Shown here one piece after another: positions 43,926 to 54,188 of a stretch of 56,547 nt of DNA. Each line of letters begins with the position of its first letter. Positions within the stretch are counted from its first letter, which is position 1. A program made the translations under genes and the position numbers. The notes beneath the pieces were generated by a model. It was not told where the DNA came from. It saw only the letters and a program-made list of their open reading frames with translations, and did no database searches. Origin of the DNA: a virus (Duplodnaviria; Caudoviricetes); IMG/VR virus record IMGVR_UViG_3300010401_000040, positions 1 to 56,547 of that record. One strand, written 5' to 3'.

Positions 43926-46900
43926 GTGCCGACTTTTGAAGCCGAATTGTCTGATGGCCGGGTTGTAACAGTTGAGTCCGATCATGAGCCAACTGAAAAA
44001 GAAATCCTATCGGCGGTCGGCAGCCAAGGCGCGGCGCCACAAGAGAACCAAGCGCAAGATCCAACCTCGGCAGTTGGTGCCGGACTACGGTCCGCGGCTG
44101 AAGGCATTGCACCAGGCGCAGCTGCGGCGGCGGCGTTTGCACCGTCTGCGGCGGTTGGGGCTCCTTTTGCGCCAGAAACGTTCGGAATTGCGCCGCTTGC
44201 TACTGGGGTCGTAGGTTCGGCCCTGGCGGGTGGCGCGGTAGCACTGGGACAGCGGAAGCTGCTGGAGTATCTGGCTCCGGGATTTCTGCAGAAACTGGAG
44301 CAGGGTCAGAAGGAACACCCGCTAGCTTCCGGAGTGGGTCGAGTCGCCTCGGCCCTGCCCAGTTTTGAGTTTTCCCCCGGTCAGACCATTCGCGGCGTTG
44401 CGGCCCTGCCTAAGATCATCAGAGGCACCGCCGAGGCCGCTGAGAAGAAGGCTGCCACTTCGCTTGCCGCCCAGATTGGTGCGCAGACTGGCATCACTGC
44501 CGCCCAGACCGGCGTCCTGGAACACCGGCTGCCCACACCGACCGAGTTGCTGGAGGCTGCCGCTACCGCCGCTACGTTCGGCCACCCGAGATTTTCCTTC
44601 CCCATACCGCAATCACTACAACGACCATATGCCCGCCAAAACCAAGAAGCAGCAGCGCTACATGGGAATGTGCGCTCACAGCAAGAATCCACCGGCCAGT
44701 TGCCCGCCCAAGAAGGTGGCGCGGGAGTTCAGCCACGCCCCGAAAAGCTGGCCAAAGCAACACAAATACCACTGAGCGGTGCTGAGCCACCACCGGTCGC
44801 CGGTCAGGGCATCCCGCGGATCACCGGCACCGACGAGCTAGGTTATACCCTTCACTTCCAGGGCAAGAGCGAGGCTGGGTTCCCTAGCCGCGCTGAGGCC
44901 GAGAAGGCGGCCCAAGAGATCTGGGATGGCGTTCGACCCATGGCCGGGGACGTCAGTGACGACCTGGCTGAGAAGATGGAACGCGAGGCCATCAGCGAAG
45001 GCGAGAGGCAGGGTGCCCCAGTTAAGTCCGTGGAGAAGTTCGGAGACGAGGACGCCAACGTCCCCTTCAGCCCGTTCTTTATGAAGGCGACGGGGACCGG
45101 TGTTGAACTGAAACGCTCCACCTTCCGCGAGTGGATTCAGGACCTGGTCAACGACGGATTGAATGAGGACCAGATCCGGTTGGCAGTCCACAGCCGCATT
45201 GGTGAGGAGAAATTCCACAACGACGTGATGGCGGTGGCCAGCGATAAGGAGATCGCCCAATACTCCCAGGACCTTACCGCCGCCGAGAAGGCGATCGAGC
45301 GCCGCATCTATGGCGTGCGCAACCTGACCGACCTGCAGCTGGGACACGAGGCGATACGCCGCCGGTTGCAGCAGGCTCACGGCATGACGCCCAGCGAGTT
45401 TGCTGAGACTGTGGGCAAGGAGCACGTCACTATCCGAACGTTGGACGCACTAGGCCGAATCATCCGACGTTCGCGTGAGGCGTTGGGGACCAAGGCGGCG
45501 GGACGCCAGGGAGTGCTCTACAAACGCGCACTGACTAATATTGAGTATGCCAAAGCGGCGGTCTCGGGACGCCAACAGCCCGGCGCAGCCAGGCGTGAGC
45601 GAGAGACAACTCCACCTGAGTTAGCTGACCTGGAGGGGGCAAGGAAGGTTCCACTAAACCTTGGATCTTCCGAATATTTCAAACTGATAGACCAGATGGA
45701 GAAGCGAGGTGTGTCCGTTGACGGATCTCCCCTGAAGCGAGAGGACATGCCTGCGTTTTACGAGGCTGCTGAGGAGATACTTCTCAATGGATACGACTAC
45801 GCCCTTGAGATGGCTAGGGTCCAGGCCGATAACTACCCAACGGAGCCTACTCCTCAAGGAAACTCCACCCGAGATCTTGTCCACGCGATCGAACTGCTCA
45901 AAGGAAAGGACGTCAGGCTCGGCCCACTCATCCCATTCCCTGGATGGAAGAGCGAGACTCAGTTGCGGCTGGATTTGCCGAGTGCCGCGCGCCGCCGCAA
46001 AGACGAGCCCGGCCAGGGCGAGATGTTCGGCAAGCAACCACTCTCAGCCCCGCGCCTGATTAAGGCCAGCGACCCCGAGGCCCGGAAGATTCCCGAAGGC
46101 ACCACGCTGCCGCAGTATAACGCGAACCAGATTGCTGAGATGGCCCAGCGCGTGCTCCAGAGCGAGAAGCCCAGCTTCCGTTCCTTCTACGGATGGGCCC
46201 GGCGCAACCTCGGAGACGTGCCTACTGGACCGATGTTCAGTGTCTGGATTGATGCGGTAAATAATAACCTCCAAGGAAAGCCTGGCGCTGAACTCAATAA
46301 GATGGTGGAGCAGCTGGGGCTCCAGCACCGGGTCTACCCGTTCCAGAAACGTGTTGGCACTAAGCCGCTGGAGGGCACCTCGACTGAGTTTACGCCTGAG
46401 CAACTGAAGGCTGCTGGTCCCCTGCCGGGCGTCGTTTACAATCGCGTTGATATCCCCGACAGCCAGGCCGTGCCGCATGACCCGCGTGATCTGCCGCCGC
46501 AGATGGTGACCGACATTCGCAAGGGGGTTGAAGAGAAGTGGAAGAAAGAGAACCTGCTCCAGGATGAGCGGCTGATTGAGGCTGAGAAGAATAAGGCGGT
46601 GGAGCAGGCCCGAAAGGATTTCATGAAGGCCTTCCCGCCTGAGTTGCGGGACGCGATCATTGACCGTCGCGAGGCCATCAAGCGGGGCCAGAAGCTGCGC
46701 ATGAAGGCCATCAGCGCCATTTTCCAGAAGCTGATTGAGGAGGGCTACCCTGACACCTCCGACCTGTTACGCAAGGAGATTGCAATCGACGACCTGGACT
46801 GGTCCAACCCCAACGCCAAGGAAGGCGTGTGGCGGGATATCAGAGGCGATGAGGCTAAGAACGTTGATAAGCTAAACGAAATTTTCAGGGACGAGGCGCG

Positions 46901-49900
46901 CCGCTCCAGCTTTGACAACGTGAGCCACACCAAGCGCGTGGCGGTCATGCTGAACAAAAACGACAGCACCGTTGCCATTGTCTCAGCCTATCCCCACGGT
47001 CGAAGTGGCACCATGGTCTTTGAACCCTCTGGTGCTACCGGAATAAAGGGTAAGCCCAGCGTCCCGATTGGTTCGGTGCTGCACCGCTGGCGCCCGATCG
47101 CCTCGATGCTGCTCAAGGAGCCGGTGAAGGACTTCTATAAGAAGTTCGAGAACATCGAGAAATTCAACGACTACATCGGCAAGGCCGCCCAGGAAACCGA
47201 GCGCAGCTTTAGCTATGACCCAATAGGGGAGGAGCCTGGTGAGCATTGGCGCAATGTGCCCGAGTGGTTGCGTTCCGACTACGAGTCAGGCCAGATCGCC
47301 CACTCCGCTACGGACGTCCAGCTGGATGAGTTGAAGGCGATGGCTGCTGAGGCAGGTGTCCGCGAGCAGGACGTTGTCTCCCAAGGGGGAGAGACCACAG
47401 AGCGCTTTGGCACCATGGTCACCGAGCCGGGTAAGGGTATTGAGTATGAGCGGCGTGGCGGGCAACTCACCAAAGACAACCCGCTCTCTACGCGCGAGGC
47501 GCTGGAGTTGCAGGACTTCATCTTGGATGAAGCACCCGCAATACGATCCAAGGAAGACCTATCCAAAGTGATTGAAGAGTTGGCCAGCCGGGCTCAGACC
47601 GGAAGATTAAAGCCGCGCGAGTGGCTGGCAATATCGGCCCTGCGCAAGGCAGCCAGCGAAACCTACGTCCGCGAGAACGCCAAGGTCCGGGCATTGCGCT
47701 CCGAACTGCGTGGCAGGAACCTGCCTGCGGACATACCTTATATCAGCCGTGAAACAGCCTACAAAATTGCCCTCGACCGGTTCTACGACCTCACGCAAAG
47801 CACCGAAACGCGCGCCGACTTCCTCGCTGGAGCCATGGAACAATTCAGCCGCCCAGCTGCTGAGGCTCGAGTCCAAGCGCCCGGTATTCCGGTCACGTCA
47901 CCCAGTGCGAAAGGCGTCAGTCGCGAACTGACGATGCGGTCGCGCAGGCCTCCGACCTCCACCAACTGGCAAGGGCCACCGTTGCCGACTGGAGAGGCTC
48001 GCACTGAGCCTGCCGATCCCGAACTGCTTTCTCCTGAAGGCCAGGAACTGGCACGCAAACGCGCTGAGGCCCAGTTCCCTTACGAGCCCACCGAAGGCGA
48101 GCCGCCTGAGTTCAAACTGCCAACTGGGAAAGGTGAGGTGGTTCAGTATCGCAGCCGTCCTGGGTTCCTGATGAAACGCACTGGTGCTGAGGGTGGCTAC
48201 ACCCTGGGCCCGCTGGAGCGCCGCAGGCTGCCTGGTGCTGCCATTCGTGGCGCGGAGAATGTTCGCCAGCGCTGGGAGGAGATGCGCGAGTATAGCACCA
48301 AATACACGGCGCAACTGACCCGCTCCAACACGATGCGGGATATCAATTCCACCGCCGATGGCGCCGACCGCCAGGTGGAGACTTATTCCAATCGCGCGTC
48401 CAACGACATTCGGCTCGCGTCAGTGAAACCCTCCGAGCAGCCGCGCAAGGCGACGCTCAAGGAACGGTTGCTGGGCGGGGTTATCCACTCACCAGAAGCC
48501 GTGAAGGTGCGCAAGGCTGCTAAGGCGGTCATGGCCGCACTGCAGATTGCCACCGACGAAGAGTGGATTCGGGTCTACAACGAGCGCCAGGCACTCAAGG
48601 CTGAGTTTGAACCGTTATTCGAAGAGGCCGAGCGGCAGCACAAGAAGCGGCCTGTTATCCCTGAGGAACGCAAGCCGAAGTTCAAGCAGCCTGAGTGGGT
48701 GGAGGCCAAGCATTTCGAGAAGCTGATCGCTCAGGCCGACAAAGCCATCCGCGAGTCTGACGATTGGATGAAGGCCGTTAACCCCATCCGCCGCATCCAG
48801 GGGCGCAAGTGGAACCGCGCAGCCAGGGCGCTCAAAGAGGAAGCCCTCTACGCCCAGGAGCACTACAACGACCCGGAGATGCTGGCGACCGTCAGCACCT
48901 ACCAGTCGATCATGGACGCGCACTTGAACAACATGAACCGGTCCGGGTTCAAGATTCAGGGGCGCGACTTCTACGTGCCAGGCCGCTACGACGGGGAGAT
49001 CTGGAACGACTACCGATTGACCTGGGGCGACATGAGGATACTGGGCCGGAACTACCGGATGCCAAAATCCTTCCGAAATTATTACGAAGCAATTTCCAAC
49101 GGGCCCTACATTCCAGCCAACGGCGATATTGCCGACCTGGCCCAGCACTCCCTGGCCGCCGGTGGCCGCGTGATGATGCGCGATATCTGGCTGCGCGGGC
49201 TAAAGGAATTCACTGACCCGGTCAGCAAGCAACCGGTGGCTATTGAGCCGCAGTGGACTCGAGTCTCCGATTCGAAAGTGGACCCTGAAAAGATCCAGTC
49301 ACTCAACCCGGAACTCCAGCCGGTGTTTGAGGAACTGAACAACTTGATCGCGACACACGACCCCGATTCCCGGACTGGCAAAGAGGCGCGCAGGCGGCTT
49401 GAGTCTTTCCAGAAGGCGCTGGCCGCAGGCAGTCACTTTGAGTGGCAGGTCCCCAAGGGTAAGCTGGAATACAGCCTGGTTCATCCTTCCCATAGCTCGA
49501 AGCCGATCGCCGTGCGTGAGGGTTACAAGGCGGCAGTGGAGTCAGCAATGGCCCGCAGCGTGATTCACGATATCCCCGTCCTGGGTGATGCCCTGCGCGT
49601 ATCACAGATGTTGAAGCACGGGCTCATCCTGATCATGGACACCTTCCATCCCGGACGCCTGGCGCAATACGGTGCCGCCCTGGCGGGGAAGAACATCTGG
49701 GACATACAAAAGCCGGGGTTCCATTCCGGGCTGCATGCGCTGATGTATAACCCCGAGTCGCTGGAGCACGCGGTGAAGATTGGGGCGGTGAGCAAGAAGG
49801 CCGCAGACTGGGCCTTGGAGCCGGTGAAACTCTACGACCGTGGCCGTATCATGCGGATGAGTCGGCAGAAGCTGCTGGATTACCTGGTGAAGAATGGGCT

Positions 49901-51185
49901 CAATGCGACCCAGACCGCCGACACGATCTACCGCAACTCGATCCAACGCATCCCCTTCATTGGCGAGCGCTGGAACCAGATGCTCTCCCCTGCCAATAAG
50001 TGGATCTTCGATCGCATTACACCCGGCCTCATCGCTGAGTCAGCGGTTAAGAACCTGGAGCGCATTAACCCCAAGAACCGGCACCTCTCTTTGCAGCAGC
50101 AGGCGCGGGAGGTGGTGCGGGACATGAACGTGTTCTACGGCAACGTGGGGCGCAACGGCATCTTCAAGAACCCCAACACTCGGGACCTGGCGCAGATATT
50201 CCTACTGGCCCCGCTTTGGCAGGAAGGTTTGATAGGAAAAGAATTACGGACCTTGTCCCGACTTACCGGTGTATCCTATGCGCTAGGTCGCCGGGGCCTC
50301 GGCGCGGACGTCTACTTAGGGCCGTTAACGCGCGGTGTTGTGAGGGGCCTCGGCGCCTACTTCGTCCTGACCCAGATGGCCAATCTGATCAGCCGTGGCA
50401 AGTGGACCTGGGAGAATGAGGAGCCCGATCACAAGATGGACGCCTGGCTGCCGATTGGACCGGAAGGGATTTGGGTCTCGCCCATGTCGGTCTTTGGGGA
50501 AGTGGCTCACGACCTGGTTCGACTGGCTGAATCCAAGAGCAAGAATTGGGATGCCATCACGCAGTTTGGGATGAACAAGCTGGGCCCGATCGGACGGCTG
50601 GGGGTTATTCTGGGGTCGGGCAAGACGCCTGCAGGTGAAGATATTTCCACGACCGGCGGGGTGCTCTCGCGAGCGGCCAGCGAACTGGCTCCGGCGCCAA
50701 TATCGATCGGCACCTTTGCCAAGGCCGCAGCGCCGGGTTTGCTCGGTGCGCCCAGGCCGGGCCGGGTGGGACAGCGGCTGCTCTCCTCGGTGGGAATTAA
50801 GGCGCAGCTTCCAACCCGTTCAGAGTCGGATATCCGGAAGCTGTCGGAGAGATTCCTGGAGCGGGAAGGGCTCAAGTATGAGCCACTCAAGTTCAGCCCG
50901 ACCGATGAAGCCAGCTACGCTAAGCTGAGGGCTGCGGTGAGGAACGATGATGAGTCCGGTGCCGCGCAGCTGCTCACTGAGCTACGCAAACACCGGACTG
51001 ATGCACAGATCTTAAAGGCCATGCGGGAAGCATCCCAGCGCCCCTACACGGGGAGCCAGGCTAATGAGCGGATGTTCCTCTACAGCTTGAGCGATCGAGA
51101 CCTGGACCTCTACTACAAGGCCAATATCGAACGCGCTGAACTTTACCAAAAGTTCATTGAGTGGTTCACTCGGCAGCCTCTATGA
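43926..51185 (+). CDS. giant (2419 aa) ejection / polyvalent virion protein
   Basis: Ala/Gly-rich hydrophobic N-terminal region, charged middle, helical C-terminal region; last gene of the podovirus structural module. Confidence 0.75.
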   Translation: MPTFEAELSDGRVVTVESDHEPTEKEILSAVGSQGAAPQENQAQDPTSAVGAGLRSAAEGIAPGAAAAAAFAPSAAVGAPFAPETFGIAPLATGVVGSALAGGAVALGQRKLLEYLAPGFLQKLEQGQKEHPLASGVGRVASALPSFEFSPGQTIRGVAALPKIIRGTAEAAEKKAATSLAAQIGAQTGITAAQTGVLEHRLPTPTELLEAAATAATFGHPRFSFPIPQSLQRPYARQNQEAAALHGNVRSQQESTGQLPAQEGGAGVQPRPEKLAKATQIPLSGAEPPPVAGQGIPRITGTDELGYTLHFQGKSEAGFPSRAEAEKAAQEIWDGVRPMAGDVSDDLAEKMEREAISEGERQGAPVKSVEKFGDEDANVPFSPFFMKATGTGVELKRSTFREWIQDLVNDGLNEDQIRLAVHSRIGEEKFHNDVMAVASDKEIAQYSQDLTAAEKAIERRIYGVRNLTDLQLGHEAIRRRLQQAHGMTPSEFAETVGKEHVTIRTLDALGRIIRRSREALGTKAAGRQGVLYKRALTNIEYAKAAVSGRQQPGAARRERETTPPELADLEGARKVPLNLGSSEYFKLIDQMEKRGVSVDGSPLKREDMPAFYEAAEEILLNGYDYALEMARVQADNYPTEPTPQGNSTRDLVHAIELLKGKDVRLGPLIPFPGWKSETQLRLDLPSAARRRKDEPGQGEMFGKQPLSAPRLIKASDPEARKIPEGTTLPQYNANQIAEMAQRVLQSEKPSFRSFYGWARRNLGDVPTGPMFSVWIDAVNNNLQGKPGAELNKMVEQLGLQHRVYPFQKRVGTKPLEGTSTEFTPEQLKAAGPLPGVVYNRVDIPDSQAVPHDPRDLPPQMVTDIRKGVEEKWKKENLLQDERLIEAEKNKAVEQARKDFMKAFPPELRDAIIDRREAIKRGQKLRMKAISAIFQKLIEEGYPDTSDLLRKEIAIDDLDWSNPNAKEGVWRDIRGDEAKNVDKLNEIFRDEARRSSFDNVSHTKRVAVMLNKNDSTVAIVSAYPHGRSGTMVFEPSGATGIKGKPSVPIGSVLHRWRPIASMLLKEPVKDFYKKFENIEKFNDYIGKAAQETERSFSYDPIGEEPGEHWRNVPEWLRSDYESGQIAHSATDVQLDELKAMAAEAGVREQDVVSQGGETTERFGTMVTEPGKGIEYERRGGQLTKDNPLSTREALELQDFILDEAPAIRSKEDLSKVIEELASRAQTGRLKPREWLAISALRKAASETYVRENAKVRALRSELRGRNLPADIPYISRETAYKIALDRFYDLTQSTETRADFLAGAMEQFSRPAAEARVQAPGIPVTSPSAKGVSRELTMRSRRPPTSTNWQGPPLPTGEARTEPADPELLSPEGQELARKRAEAQFPYEPTEGEPPEFKLPTGKGEVVQYRSRPGFLMKRTGAEGGYTLGPLERRRLPGAAIRGAENVRQRWEEMREYSTKYTAQLTRSNTMRDINSTADGADRQVETYSNRASNDIRLASVKPSEQPRKATLKERLLGGVIHSPEAVKVRKAAKAVMAALQIATDEEWIRVYNERQALKAEFEPLFEEAERQHKKRPVIPEERKPKFKQPEWVEAKHFEKLIAQADKAIRESDDWMKAVNPIRRIQGRKWNRAARALKEEALYAQEHYNDPEMLATVSTYQSIMDAHLNNMNRSGFKIQGRDFYVPGRYDGEIWNDYRLTWGDMRILGRNYRMPKSFRNYYEAISNGPYIPANGDIADLAQHSLAAGGRVMMRDIWLRGLKEFTDPVSKQPVAIEPQWTRVSDSKVDPEKIQSLNPELQPVFEELNNLIATHDPDSRTGKEARRRLESFQKALAAGSHFEWQVPKGKLEYSLVHPSHSSKPIAVREGYKAAVESAMARSVIHDIPVLGDALRVSQMLKHGLILIMDTFHPGRLAQYGAALAGKNIWDIQKPGFHSGLHALMYNPESLEHAVKIGAVSKKAADWALEPVKLYDRGRIMRMSRQKLLDYLVKNGLNATQTADTIYRNSIQRIPFIGERWNQMLSPANKWIFDRITPGLIAESAVKNLERINPKNRHLSLQQQAREVVRDMNVFYGNVGRNGIFKNPNTRDLAQIFLLAPLWQEGLIGKELRTLSRLTGVSYALGRRGLGADVYLGPLTRGVVRGLGAYFVLTQMANLISRGKWTWENEEPDHKMDAWLPIGPEGIWVSPMSVFGEVAHDLVRLAESKSKNWDAITQFGMNKLGPIGRLGVILGSGKTPAGEDISTTGGVLSRAASELAPAPISIGTFAKAAAPGLLGAPRPGRVGQRLLSSVGIKAQLPTRSESDIRKLSERFLEREGLKYEPLKFSPTDEASYAKLRAAVRNDDESGAAQLLTELRKHRTDAQILKAMREASQRPYTGSQANERMFLYSLSDRDLDLYYKANIERAELYQKFIEWFTRQPL
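44629..44775 (+). CDS. nested small basic protein MPAKTKKQQRYMGMCAH... (48 aa)
   Basis: Alternate frame inside the giant gene; A/C-rich leader; resembles phage MP.KS.KQ.R.M-type small proteins (from memory). Confidence 0.55.
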   Translation: MPAKTKKQQRYMGMCAHSKNPPASCPPKKVAREFSHAPKSWPKQHKYH

Positions 51186-51546
51186 CGATCTCGGTGTGCT
51201 CGTCTATCCGATGATGCACCTGCACCTGGCGCACGGTAAGATCGATATCAGCTGCGGTGTCGTTAGGTATCACCCCCAGGTATCTTAGGGCATCTACAAA
51301 CCATTTAACGCATGGGTTGTCGGGGTCTAGGAGGCGGCAGCGGTAGCTAGTGACAGTGACCTTGCTACGGCCTCGTGGGTTCTGGACTTTTCCCGCATCC
51401 GCTCTTTGAGGCTCATTGCAAAGAGGGCGTTCAAGGACGGAACTGGATAGTCCACAATCAGTCGGAGAGGCAGGCTTATACCACTCTCCCTTGGAGTTGA
51501 TTCGGTATCCTTTGGTCCAAAGAATGGAGGTTGTTTCATTTGTCAT
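51166..51546 (-). CDS. RusA-like Holliday junction resolvase (catalytic part)
   Basis: RLLDPDN..VK.FVDAL...GVIPND matches the RusA D.DN..K...D.L...G...DD pattern. Confidence 0.75.
   Translation of the reverse strand: MTNETTSILWTKGYRINSKGEWYKPASPTDCGLSSSVLERPLCNEPQRADAGKVQNPRGRSKVTVTSYRCRLLDPDNPCVKWFVDALRYLGVIPNDTAADIDLTVRQVQVHHRIDEHTEIVIEAAE
51327..51539 (-). CDS. overlapping ORF carrying the RusA N-terminal PSxN strand-helix
   Basis: LRLIVDYPVPSLNALF....ERMREK in the +1 frame. Confidence 0.55.
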   Translation of the reverse strand: MKQPPFFGPKDTESTPRESGISLPLRLIVDYPVPSLNALFAMSLKERMREKSRTHEAVARSLSLATAAAS

Positions 51547-52355
51547 TCACTTCTCCAAACGGAGGTTTCTATGTAGGTGGTCATCAGTTCAGAGTCGCCG
51601 CCTGAGCGGACAAACTCTCGGAGGTCTTTGGTAGGCAGCACCACCAGGCAGGAGCCCACACCGATGTGGGTAGCCAGCATTTGGGCGCCGCGTATTCCCG
51701 GCTCGTCATTGTCACAGATGATGGCCGCGCGTCTTACGCCAATTCGGTTGAAGAGGTGCTTGAGTTGGTCCATGCCCCCGGAACAGGAGGGCCTGCCGAC
51801 CGTATAAAAACCCATGTCCAGTCCGGCGCAAGTGTCTGTTGGCCCCTCGGCCACCAGCGCCAGCGGTTGGGAATTGGATGTTTGTGGAATAAAGCAGCCA
51901 TTGTGGCTCCCTCGGACGGCGAATTTATCGCCAGTCTCCGATCGGAGCCGAATGCCAACCATATTGTTGTAGCCATCTCTCATAGGGAAGGCCCACGCTC
52001 TGTGTTCAGCCGACCAGCACGTATCCAGACACATAAGGCTGCTTGGCCTTACACCCAGCTGTGCTGACAGCTTTACCACCCACGCGGGGTCAGTTGCTTT
52101 TTTCCAGGTTTCAATCAACTGTCGAGAGTTGATCGTCGGTAGGTCTTGGACTCTCGGGTCCAATGAAGTCTTGGGTTTGACGTTGGGGTCCAGCGGGTGA
52201 ATCCACCCCACCTCCCCTCCCATCATCGTTTTCATGCGCGGGCTGGTCTCCCGCATGCAGATCACTATCCCCGCCTTGCTGTTGATGATGCACCACGAAT
52301 CCTTCTGGCACACGGGGCATCGGTTGGCCTTTGTCGTCCTGATCCAGTCGGTCAT
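51543..52355 (-). CDS. DNA primase (Zn finger + TOPRIM)
   Basis: CPVC..DSWC...C; AFPM...VGIRLR; VAEGPTD; CDNDEPG. Confidence 0.88.
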   Translation of the reverse strand: MTDWIRTTKANRCPVCQKDSWCIINSKAGIVICMRETSPRMKTMMGGEVGWIHPLDPNVKPKTSLDPRVQDLPTINSRQLIETWKKATDPAWVVKLSAQLGVRPSSLMCLDTCWSAEHRAWAFPMRDGYNNMVGIRLRSETGDKFAVRGSHNGCFIPQTSNSQPLALVAEGPTDTCAGLDMGFYTVGRPSCSGGMDQLKHLFNRIGVRRAAIICDNDEPGIRGAQMLATHIGVGSCLVVLPTKDLREFVRSGGDSELMTTYIETSVWRSE

Positions 52356-52533
52356 AGAATAGGTTCAGTTCTAGTTGTGGTTTAGCATACTGAAGCAGGC
52401 GTGGGAACGAGATCTTGCACTCATCCTTGTAATGTAACTGGCGCACATAGAGACCGTCCTCGCGTAGCTCGATGACGTAGCTTTGATCGTCAAACTGAGC
52501 ACGCCTGCGACCGAATACTTTTCGCTTTGCCAT
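52111..52533 (-). CDS. hypothetical protein; first ~60 aa protein-like, remainder overlaps primase
   Basis: GAAGGTG RBS-like sequence; 245-nt overlap is unusual. Confidence 0.5.
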   Translation of the reverse strand: MAKRKVFGRRRAQFDDQSYVIELREDGLYVRQLHYKDECKISFPRLLQYAKPQLELNLFYDRLDQDDKGQPMPRVPEGFVVHHQQQGGDSDLHAGDQPAHENDDGRGGGVDSPAGPQRQTQDFIGPESPRPTDDQLSTVD

Positions 52534-52559
52534 ACTACACCTTCACTTTCTGGAACTTA

Positions 52560-54188
52560 CTAGCGTCCATTTTTTGTCCTTTCTGCTTTGTTACCCCATC
52601 CTTCCCTCTTTGCTATGACAGCGATCGCCTGGACCGCCTGCCAATAGCTCATCGAGTCGGGGTTCTTGCCCCGGCTAGTGAGCACTCTCCTCTGTTTCTC
52701 CGACAGGGTCTTTTTGCCCCGCCAGAAAGTGTTCTTGTCCTGTGTTGGATGCGGGCCGCGGTGGCTGAAGGGGCTCACGTCCTGCGTGTCGTAGCGGCTG
52801 CGAGCTATCAGGTGGTTCTTGCGGGCCTCCACTTCGCGCCGGGCCCTATCTGCGGCCTCGCGCACCTCGCGTTTCATGTCCACCTCTTCCTTGGTCAGCG
52901 TGCGGCACACCCGCACGGGCTTGCCTTCCTTCTGCACCCGTTTCAAGGCGCGCTCCACGGCCTTGTCACTTACCTTGCCGCCCAAGATATCCAGCGCGGT
53001 CATTAGTTTGTGCTTACCGCTATTGCCGACAAAGTCAATGATGCGGCAGTAGGGCTTGGTGCTGGCCTTGATAGCTGAGAGCCGCTCCTCCTTTGAGCCT
53101 AACCCATCGACAACTCCAGGCAGCGGCCTAGTGGATCGTCCTACCATCTGGGCATAGAGCGAGCGGGACTTGGTGGGCCGCGCCATGATGATGACTTCCA
53201 CCCCTGGGTTATCAAATCCCTCAGTTAGGACGCCGCAGTTACAAACGACAGCAGTCCGGCCATGGGCAAAGCGCTCAAGTATCTCCGCCCGCTTTTTCTT
53301 CTCGGTAGCACCACAGACCCACTCAGCCATCCCCGGCACTGCCCGGTTCAAAATGTTGCAGCAGGCCTCAGCCTGAACCACTGAGGCCGTAAACACGATC
53401 GTGCGGCGCGGCTTTATCTTCTTCAGCACCTGGCCCCAATCACCCACCGGAGTTTTATCCAGGCTGTGGGGCACGAGGCCATGCATCACTTCCAGTGTGG
53501 GTTGGCACACCCCCTGGATATTATCTTCGGCCTCCATCACCTCGGCCAAATCCGATCCATTCAGGTCCCCGCAGGTCGTGCGGACATGGGAGAAGTCGAG
53601 GCTCTTAACCGTGCAGAATTGCTGCGTCACATCAACTAACCACCCGTTCTCTACTCCGGAGAGAATGTCATACTCAAAAGCTACCGATTGGAATACCTGT
53701 CCTAGCGCCTCCTCGTCGGCTCGGTCTGGGGTAGCGGTAACACCCAGCACGCGTATCTGGTCGTTGCACTTGAAGTAGTCGATGATGCGGCGATAGGTGG
53801 CCGCGGTGCCGTGGTGTGCCTCGTCGATCACAATGACGCCAAAGTCCTGCGGCTTGAAGCGCTCCAGGCGACCCTTGCTCATCATCGTCTGCACTGTAGC
53901 GACCACTACCGGCGTGCGGTGGAACAGGCTCGTCGAGGCGACCTGGTCGGCCATCTCGATCTCGCAGTGAACCCCGACCGCCTTCTCAATCTTCTCCCTG
54001 GCCTGGTAAATTAACTCGGCACGGTGCGCTATCACGAGCGTCCGCTTGGGTAGCATCGTCTTGATGATATGGGCGAAGATCACCGTCTTACCTAGCCCAG
54101 TGGCTAGCACTGCCAGGGTTGATGTATGGGACCTCCACTTTTCAATAATCTCATCGTGGCACTTCTGCTGATAATCACGTAATCTCAC
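52560..54188 (-). CDS. superfamily 2 DEAH helicase
   Basis: LATGLGKT, DEAHH, TATPDR, LTEGFD, QMVGRSTR. Confidence 0.93.
   Translation of the reverse strand: MRLRDYQQKCHDEIIEKWRSHTSTLAVLATGLGKTVIFAHIIKTMLPKRTLVIAHRAELIYQAREKIEKAVGVHCEIEMADQVASTSLFHRTPVVVATVQTMMSKGRLERFKPQDFGVIVIDEAHHGTAATYRRIIDYFKCNDQIRVLGVTATPDRADEEALGQVFQSVAFEYDILSGVENGWLVDVTQQFCTVKSLDFSHVRTTCGDLNGSDLAEVMEAEDNIQGVCQPTLEVMHGLVPHSLDKTPVGDWGQVLKKIKPRRTIVFTASVVQAEACCNILNRAVPGMAEWVCGATEKKKRAEILERFAHGRTAVVCNCGVLTEGFDNPGVEVIIMARPTKSRSLYAQMVGRSTRPLPGVVDGLGSKEERLSAIKASTKPYCRIIDFVGNSGKHKLMTALDILGGKVSDKAVERALKRVQKEGKPVRVCRTLTKEEVDMKREVREAADRARREVEARKNHLIARSRYDTQDVSPFSHRGPHPTQDKNTFWRGKKTLSEKQRRVLTSRGKNPDSMSYWQAVQAIAVIAKREGWGNKAERTKNGR

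Noticed and set aside
43926-51185. Virion RNA polymerase or zincin protease in the giant protein
   Set aside because: No DxDGD or T7-type motifs seen; LGHEAIRR lacks the second His of HExxH.
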